Source: Microcoleus sp. (lineage in GTDB: Bacteria; Cyanobacteriota; Cyanobacteriia; Cyanobacteriales; Microcoleaceae). Taken from it: a stretch of 21,947 bases of DNA. A model generated the notes under the pieces. It was not told the DNA's origin. It saw only the letters and a program-made list of their open reading frames with translations, and did not search any database. The stretch is from NCBI GenBank assembly GCA_042408215.1, contig JAYFMW010000018.1:1-21947 (forward strand), read 5' to 3'. Made by a program: the position numbers and the translations under genes. Shown here in pieces: positions 17,486 to 21,947 of this stretch (positions are counted from its first letter, which is position 1; each line of letters starts with the position of its first letter).

Positions 17486-19190
17486 GCTAAAGATGCGGCT
17501 GGAAATGCCGGAACCGCAACTCAAACAGTAGCAGCAATTGACCCCACCGATGTCAACGCACCAATTATTAATATCAATTTAGAAGATGATGTTGATGTTT
17601 CTGCACCTCTGGTAATTCGAGGTACGATAACCGATAGCAATTTGGATTACTATACTTTGTCAGTAGCCCCGGTTGGTAGCAGTCAATTTAAGGAAGTTTA
17701 TCGGGGAACTACTGCTGTCACTAACGGCACGATTGCTACCTTCGACCCGACTGTTTTGGCTAACGGCGCTTACGTTCTCAAATTCACTGCTTTCGACGCT
17801 AACGGTAACGGTTCGACCACTGAAAGGACGGTGAATGTTGCGGGTGATTTAAAGTTGGGCAATTTCCGGTTATCCTTTACTGATTTATCGGTTCCAGTTG
17901 CGGGAATTCCGATTAATGTAACTCGAACTTACGATTCTTTGAATGCGAATTCTAGCGATGATTTTGGCTACGGCTGGCGGATGGAATTCCGGGATACTGA
18001 TTTGAAGACTTCGTTAAAAGCTGACCCGACTTACGAGGAGTTGGGGATTAATACCGTAGCATTTGATAGCAAGACTAAGGTATTCATCACCCTACCCGGT
18101 GGTAAGCGGGAAACATTTACATTCAAGCCACAATCGCATCATCTGAATCAGTATTTAGGGGCGGCTGGGCCGGGGGCTGCGATATATAAGCCGGCTTTTG
18201 AGTCTCAAAAGGGTTCGACGGTGACTCTGACGGTTAAGGATGCGAATTTGATACGGAATGAGTACGGCGAGTATTACGGGGTGAACGCACAGCCTTTCAA
18301 TCCTGAAAATCCTGCCTTTGGTGGGGTGTACGTGTTGACTACTAAGGAGGGATTGGTTTACGAGATTGATGCGAAGTCTGGGGATTTGTTGACTGCTACT
18401 GATGCGAATGGGAATAAGTTGACTTTTAGCGATGCGGGGATTGCTAGTTCTAGCGGTAAGTCGGTGACTTTTGAGAGGGATGTTGCTGGAAGGATTGTCG
18501 GTGTTGTTGACCCGGATGGGAAGAAGGTTAAGTACGAATACGATGGGAAGGGGGATTTGGTTGCTGTTAAGGATAGGGAGAATAATGCAACTCGGTTTGA
18601 GTACGGAGATGAGGACAGACCGCACTTTTTGACTGAGGTTATCGATTCGTTGGGACGCAGTGGAGTTAAGACTGAGTATGACGAATCCGGTCGTTTGAAG
18701 CAGATGGTGGATGCGAATGGTTCGGCGGTGGAGTTGGTTTACGATGCCTCTAATTCGCTTCAGAAGGTTAAGGATGTTTTTGGTAAGGAAACGACTTATG
18801 TTTATGACAGTCGCGGGAATGTTTTAACTGAGATTGACCCGTTAGGGAAGAGGGTTGATAGGACTTTTGATGCGGATAATAACGTTCTGACTGAGACTGT
18901 AATTACCACTGAGTTAAATGCTGCTGGGACTTCTGTTGAGGTGAGGTCGAAGACTGAGTGGACTTATGATGCGAAGGGGAATAAGTTAACTGAAAAAGAC
19001 CCGTTGGGTAATGTTTCGCGGTGGACTTATAACAGTCGGGGACAGGTTTTGACTGAAACTGATGCGTTGGGGAATGCTGCGACTTATACTTATTCTCCTA
19101 GCGGGAATTTGCTGACGACCTCTGATGCGGCTGGGAATGTTACTAAGTTCAGCTACGATATGAGGGGAAATCTTCTTACTCTTATCGATG
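17486..19190 (+). repeat. Module C copy of the conserved Ig/RHS N-terminal block
   Basis: 17486-19030 matches 8936-10480. 18421-19190 matches 1-770, including about 138 identical nt (591-728 = 19011-19148). Confidence 0.92.
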
Positions 19191-21947
19191 CTGCGAACAA
19201 AGTTACTAAGTTTACCTACGATGGTTCGGGAAATGTACTCTCGGTTGAGGATGCTTTAGGAAGTAAAACAACTTTCACCTACGACAACAGTGGGAATCGT
19301 TTAACTGAAACTCGCACTGTAACTACTTCTTTAGGTATTCAGCAACTGGTTACTAAATCAACTTACGACAGTAACGGTAAAGTTAAGTCAACGACTGATG
19401 GATTAAATGGAGTTACTAAATACGAGTACGATGCTAATGGGAATCAAGTTGCTGTAATTGATGTTTTGAATCGTCGCACTGAGTATCGTTACGATAATAA
19501 AGGTCAGTTAATTGAGACGATTTATCCTGACAATACTCTCAGCAATCCGGCTGACAATCCGAGAACGATTAATCTGTACGATAAGGGCGGCCGTTTGCGG
19601 GCTAGTGTTGACTCAGACAAGTTGGTAACTCATTACAATTATGACGATGCTGGGCGGTTGATTGAAACGATTTATGCCGATAAAACTGATACTTTGTCTC
19701 AATTAGTTACTGTTCTTGCACCAAATCAAACACTTGCTACAATTGATTGGACTGCTGTTGTTTATCCCGATGAAACGCCTGCTTTCTTATCGAACAATCC
19801 CCGCAGCTTAACTGAATATTACAAAAATGGTGATGTCAAAGCTGAGATTGACGAGTTAGGAAATCGCACTGAGTATCGGTATAATGATAACGGTCAATTG
19901 GTGGAGGTTATTTATGCTGATGATACGCCTGATAATTCTGATAATCCCAGAAGTCGCACTGAGTACGATAAGTTAGGACGGACTGTTGCTAGTATTGATG
20001 CGTTGGGAAGGGTGACTCGTTACGAGTACGATAGTTTAGGTCGGTTGGTGAAGACTGTTTATCCCGATGCTACTCCTAACAACCTTTTAGACAATCCGAC
20101 TTCCAAGACTGAATATGATAGTTTGGGTCGCCGCATTTCTACTACTGATTCGGCTGGGAAAACAGTCAAGTACGAGTACGATGCTTTAGGTAGATTGACT
20201 GCTGTCGTGCAGACTTTGAATCAAGCTGGAACCAATCCAATTAATCTCAGAACCGAGTACGGTTACGATGAAGCTGGAAGGTTGATTTGGCAAGAGGATG
20301 CTTCTGATAATCGGACTGAGTTTGAGTACGATAAAAACGGTCGTCGCGTTGCGGTTGAGTTACCGTTAAATCAAAGGTCGAGTACGACTTATGATGAGGT
20401 GGGGAATGTTAAGACTGTTACTGATTTTAATGGTAATAAGATTACCTACACTTACGATGCCGAAAATCGGTTGTCAAGCAAGCAGTTTGCGCCCGGTAGC
20501 GGCGAATCTCCGGTAACGTTTACTTACACCGCTGGCGGGCAAATTCAAACCGTTGTTGATGGACGGGGAACGACGAATTTTCAATACGATGAACTGGGAC
20601 GGTTGGTATCGAGACAAGACCCGGATGGCCCTTATTTGGCAAGCAATGTAACGATTGAATACGATTACGATGCTGCGGAAAATCGAACACAAGTGAGGAC
20701 TCCGAGTGGTGCAACTAAATACGAGTACGACGCACAAAATCGTTTGGAAAAAGTTATCGACCCGGATTTGGCAGAAACGAAGTATTTCTACGATGCTGAG
20801 GGGAATTTGTCGAGGACTGAGTTGCCGAATGGTGTGGAGGAAGTGAGGACTTACGATGAGTTGAATCGGTTGAAGTTGTTAGCTTATCAAAGGAATAACG
20901 TAACGATTCAGAGTTTTGATTATACTCTCGATCCTGTGGGGCATCGCAAGGTTGTTACGGAACAAAACGGCAGGAAAGTTGAGTACGAATATGACGATTT
21001 GTATCGACTGACCAAAGAGACAATTACCGATTCGGTTAATGGCAACCGCACGATTAGTTACGGTTACGATGCGGTGGGGAATCGGTTGACGAAGACTGAT
21101 TCTGTTACTGGAGTGACGAGTTATGTTTATGACGATAATGACAGGTTGTTGAGGGAGGAATTGCGGCAGAATAATGTGTTGGTTAAGACGACTGAGTATC
21201 GTTACGATGCGAATGGGAATACTACTCGCAAGATTGAGAACGGTACTCAAGAGACGGTTTATACTTGGAATCTTGAGAATCGTTTGATTGGCGTTCAAAC
21301 TCCGACGGGCGAGAATATTAGTTATGCTTACGATGCGGATGGGGTGAGGGTTAGCAAGACGGTTAATGGGGTGACTACTGAGTATTTGGTTGATAAGAAT
21401 CTTCCTTACGCTCAGGTGTTAGAGGAATCTGTTAATGATGCTTTGATCGCTAGTTACGTCTATGGATTGGATTTGATTAGTCAGGAGAGGGGGAATGCTG
21501 ATTCGTATTATTTGGTTGATGGGTTGGGCAGTACGAGGGGGTTGACTGATGCTAGTGGGGTTGTCACTGATACTTACAGTTATGATGCGTTTGGCAATTT
21601 AATTGCATCTGCTGGTGCTACTACTAATAATTATCTGTTTGCTGGAGAGCAGTTAGATCCGAATTTAGGGGATTATTATCTGAGACAGCGTTATTACAAT
21701 CCTGGTGTAGGGCGGTTTACTCGGCGGGATACTTATGAGGGTAGCCTTTCCAATCCAATATCGCTGCACAAGTATGTTTATGGTAATAGCAACCCTGTTA
21801 ACTACATCGATCCAACAGGGCTTTTTGGTATGTCTTTGCAAGAGCTTAACGTTACCCAGGCTCTAGCTGATGCCTTGGCAGTTAGTGTAGGTGTTTATGG
21901 TCTTGTAACAAGTTCTTATAGACCAGAGCCTCTTGGAGGTTTTGGGG
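17486..21947 (+). CDS. RHS module C: 5'-truncated Ig-like/RHS YD-repeat protein running off the window end; toxin tip mostly outside the window
   Basis: Missing from the ORF track because no stop codon is reached. From 17486 it reads AKDAAGNAGTATQTVAAIDPTDVNAPIININ, colinear with 8936 onward. In-frame TAA at 17471 and no start codon at the junction. The same frame holds at the core, NPVNYIDPTGLF (D at 21809). Confidence 0.93.

Noticed and set aside
1361..21298. Minus-strand ORFs (e.g. 1361-2122, 2609-2977, 7943-8437, 11076-11504, 18155-18625, 20879-21298) and short alternative-frame plus ORFs
   Set aside because: They lie within well-supported plus-strand genes, have no recognisable motifs and are explained as shadows of biased codon use. 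The similarity of 3063-3251 to 4238-4465 just reflects the RHS-core repeat.

Overview
The whole window is one co-oriented (+ strand) polymorphic toxin locus built on giant Ig-repeat/RHS (YD-repeat) proteins. The host is probably a filamentous cyanobacterium; this is inferred from the protein architecture and two HIP1 octamers and is not proven. It holds three long RHS modules: <2-3998, about 6601-14153 and 17486->21947. The second and third are 5'-truncated and start mid-domain. It also holds three short orphan toxin cassettes: 4283-5536, 15214-15937 and an unannotated 42-codon remnant at 16608-16736. Every toxin end that lies inside the window is followed by one or more candidate immunity genes. 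The toxin tips are a C39-like papain-fold cysteine protease, a Zn-dependent HAE/PCxxC deaminase with two paralogous Imm10-like genes, and three related NucA/NucB-type DNase tips, each with a SMI1/KNR4 (SUKH) gene. Four reading-frame breaks are all net +1 and may be sequencing errors. No RNA genes, CRISPR arrays or transposases were seen. Family names come from motif recognition, not database searches.
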